Assembly (NCBI RefSeq): GCF_963921235.1
Contig: NC_086118.1
Location: 29,204,001-29,268,000, forward strand
Source: Mobula hypostoma
Lineage: Eukaryota
DNA: 64,000 nt
Reading direction: 5' to 3'
Under the pieces are notes generated by a model that searched no databases, was not told the origin of the DNA, and saw only the letters and a list, made by a program, of their open reading frames with translations. Position 1 is the stretch's first letter. Every line of letters starts with the position of its first letter. Both the position numbers and the translations under genes were made by a program. Shown piece after piece: positions 61,799 to 64,000 of this stretch.

Positions 61799-62839
61799 GT
61801 ATCCTTGATAATTAAAAGTTTGTATTTTTGTTCAATTTTAAAATTGAGATAAAACCTCCTAAATGTGATTGAGTAGGGGGGATATTTTGTACTGTTGAAA
61901 TTCCATGCTAGCAATACAAGTCAGCTGTGCTAGAATGTATGCTTATTCTGTTTTAGAATGCAATAATAGCTTCTGTTAAGCACATACGGACTGCTAATCA
62001 TTCTTTTGCTTGACTGAATTGCAGGTTGTAGCACAGCTTCATATATGCACATGATATTACTACTGACTTTAATTTAGACCCACCTAATATTTCATAACTT
62101 AAAAATAATTTTAATACACTTTATGATATTAACCTTAATTTTATGAAAGGGTTCATCTTGTGTAATGCTACTGAGAGAATTAAAATCCATTCAAGGGGTA
62201 TTGCCATCCCTCGTAATGCTGGCATTTAATGCCCATGCCTAATTGCCTCTAAGGCAGTTGAGAGGGCCCGGGAACAGTAATTACAAGATGGAGTGCAAAG
62301 AATGTAATTCGGAAGTTGTAGTGTACCCTTAGAAACAATAAAGAGGAGAAAATTCTGAATAGTGAACCTGGGGGGGTGTGGGGGGTTGTATTTGATATTC
62401 AGAATAATATTAAGAAGTCATGCTATCAGTGACCAATGTTTTTAGAGAAGGGTGCCACATAGTTGTGGTTGAATGGACATGGGTTGACTTGGAGCAATGT
62501 TCCATGTAATCCTCCTTGCCAAAAAAAGTGTTTTGGTTTGGAATAGAATTATTTATTTGAGTAGGTTTTTTCTTGGTGCTGCATATTGTGCTCTCTTTGC
62601 TTGTTAATCATCTTTGGCTATTTTGCTCTGATGGGTAGAGATCTTTTTCTTTTGTGATAAGCATATTCTACATACTAATTTTTGGAGAAAAGTTACAAGA
62701 ATCTCTGCCACTGCCCCAGAATTCACCTCCCAGAATTTACCCTAGATACTCCTAATTGGACCCCAGGTATTTATCCATCTTCATGCATTTCAAGACCTCC
62801 AACACCACCACCTTCATAATGTTGATATATTCCAGAATA

Positions 62840-63157
62840 GTGTGGGCATGTAGCCAAATGGTTAAGGTTTTCGACTAGTGATCTGAAGGTCGTGAGTTCG
62901 AGCCCCAGTCGAGGCAGTGTGTTGTGTCCTTGAGCAAGGTACTTAATCACATAGTGCTCTGCGATGACACTGGCGCCAAGCTGTATGGGTCCTAATGCCC
63001 TTCCCTTGGACAACATTGGTGTCGTGGAGAGGGGAGACTTGCAGCATGGGCAACTGCCAGTCTTCTACACAACCTTGCCCAGGCCTGCGCCCTGGAGAGA
63101 AGACTTTCCAGGCGCAGGTCCATGGTCTCGCAAGACTAACAGATGCCCTTATTCATT
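62840..63157 (+). mobile_element. Full-length tRNA-derived SINE (CORE-like body) with 12-bp TSD
   Basis: A box TAGCCAAATGG (62851-62861), B box GTTCGAGCC (62896-62904), CORE-like GTGTCCTTGAGCAAGGTACTTAA. TATTCCAGAATA is duplicated at 62828-62839 and 63158-63169. Confidence 0.85.
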
Positions 63158-63811
63158 TATTCCAGAATATCCCTGTTCCCTTCCCTGAACTCGATTCTTG
63201 TTAAATATAGACAAGAACTGTTCATTTAAATTCTCGCCCATGCTCCACATGTTGATTGCCATGTTGATTTTTTAAGGAGACTTGCTCTCTTCTTCTACGT
63301 ATTATTTTGCTGTTAACATACTTAAGGAATCTTTTGGGCATCTTTTATCTATCTACCAGAAATATTTCATGATTGCCTTTTGCCCTCCTAATTTCCTTGT
63401 GTACTCCTACACTCCTTAAACTCTACAAAGGACTTGTTTGCTCCAAGCTATCTATCCTAATAGGACATGTCTCCTTTTTCTTGACCACACCAATAATAAC
63501 CTTTCTCAATCAGGGTTTCCTAATTTTGCCATTCTTGTGCTTCAATTTAACAGAAATGTGGTAGCCCTGAGCTCTTTTTATCTTACTATTGAAAGCTTCC
63601 TTGCTAGACATTTCTTTACTTGCAAAATGCCCCTTTGTCAACTTCCCATCAGCTGGCATGGAACTTGGCCTCACTTCCCCAATTTAGGATGCTAATGAAG
63701 ACTAGTCCTACCATTTGCTATGACTATCATGAAGTTAATAGAAACTAATGAAGTTTGTAAATATGTTATAATAAACTGTTTCGTATAATTGAAATATGCT
63801 TAACAGAAAAT

Positions 63812-63975
63812 GTAAACATAAGGGGCAGCACTCACAACATGTTGGAGGAACTCAGCAGGTCAGGCAGCATCCGTGGAAACGATCAGTCAACATTTCGGGC
63901 CAGAACCCTTCGTCAGGACTGAAGAGGGAAGGAGCGGAGGCCAGAAAAAGGTGGGGGGAGGGTGGGGCAGTGGAA
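63812..63975 (-). mobile_element. Penelope terminal-repeat fragment containing a hammerhead (63884-63921)
   Basis: Minus strand CAGUC-CUGACGA-A-GGG(UUCUGG)CCC-GAAA-UGUU^GACUG. Core boxes and stems I/II are intact; stem III shows CpG-type decay. Confidence 0.8.
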
Positions 63976-64000
63976 ATTGATTAAAAATGCAGGTTTTTTT

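Noticed and set aside
62841..62915. tRNA gene
   Set aside because: The acceptor stem does not pair well, there is no poly-T terminator, and it continues into a TSD-bounded SINE body.
1..64000. CRISPR array, operon or other prokaryotic system
   Set aside because: Spliceosomal introns, CpG depletion and vertebrate LINE/SINE content show this is eukaryotic. The recurring repeats are dispersed retroelement ends, not regularly spaced arrays.

Overview
This is AT-rich eukaryotic DNA. Its repeat inventory (HE1-like V-SINE, abundant CR1, Rex1/Babar, L1/Tx1 and Penelope elements) points to a cartilaginous fish, probably a ray; this is inference, not a database result. The only host gene I can support is the 5' end of a GW182-family gene, most like TNRC6C, on the + strand. 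It has a CpG-island promoter at ~28.3-29.7 kb and four coding exons (28949-28953, 29283-29330, 57139-57238, 57331-57352) that splice to MREPEFKAAKEPQEEIQSEKEQETKEEDRLMEEKKKKKQEEKKKKEAAQKKAAEHKTK..., and it continues past the window. The rest is intergenic or intronic DNA full of transposon relics, and almost all ORF-track entries are noise or LINE/Penelope fragments. The most notable system is a family of at least ten Penelope-like terminal-repeat copies built around a minimal hammerhead ribozyme. Several of them form TSD-flanked, foldback (inverted) insertions inside TNRC6C introns, and an oppositely oriented pair flanks exons 3-4. Other points of interest are a strong-context uORF overlapping a YY1-like motif just after a candidate initiator, a duplicated intronic 3' splice-site region around exons 3-4, and two bipartite non-autonomous LINE derivatives, one with a candidate pseudoknotted 5' RNA. 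All family assignments rest on motif recognition from memory; no searches were run.
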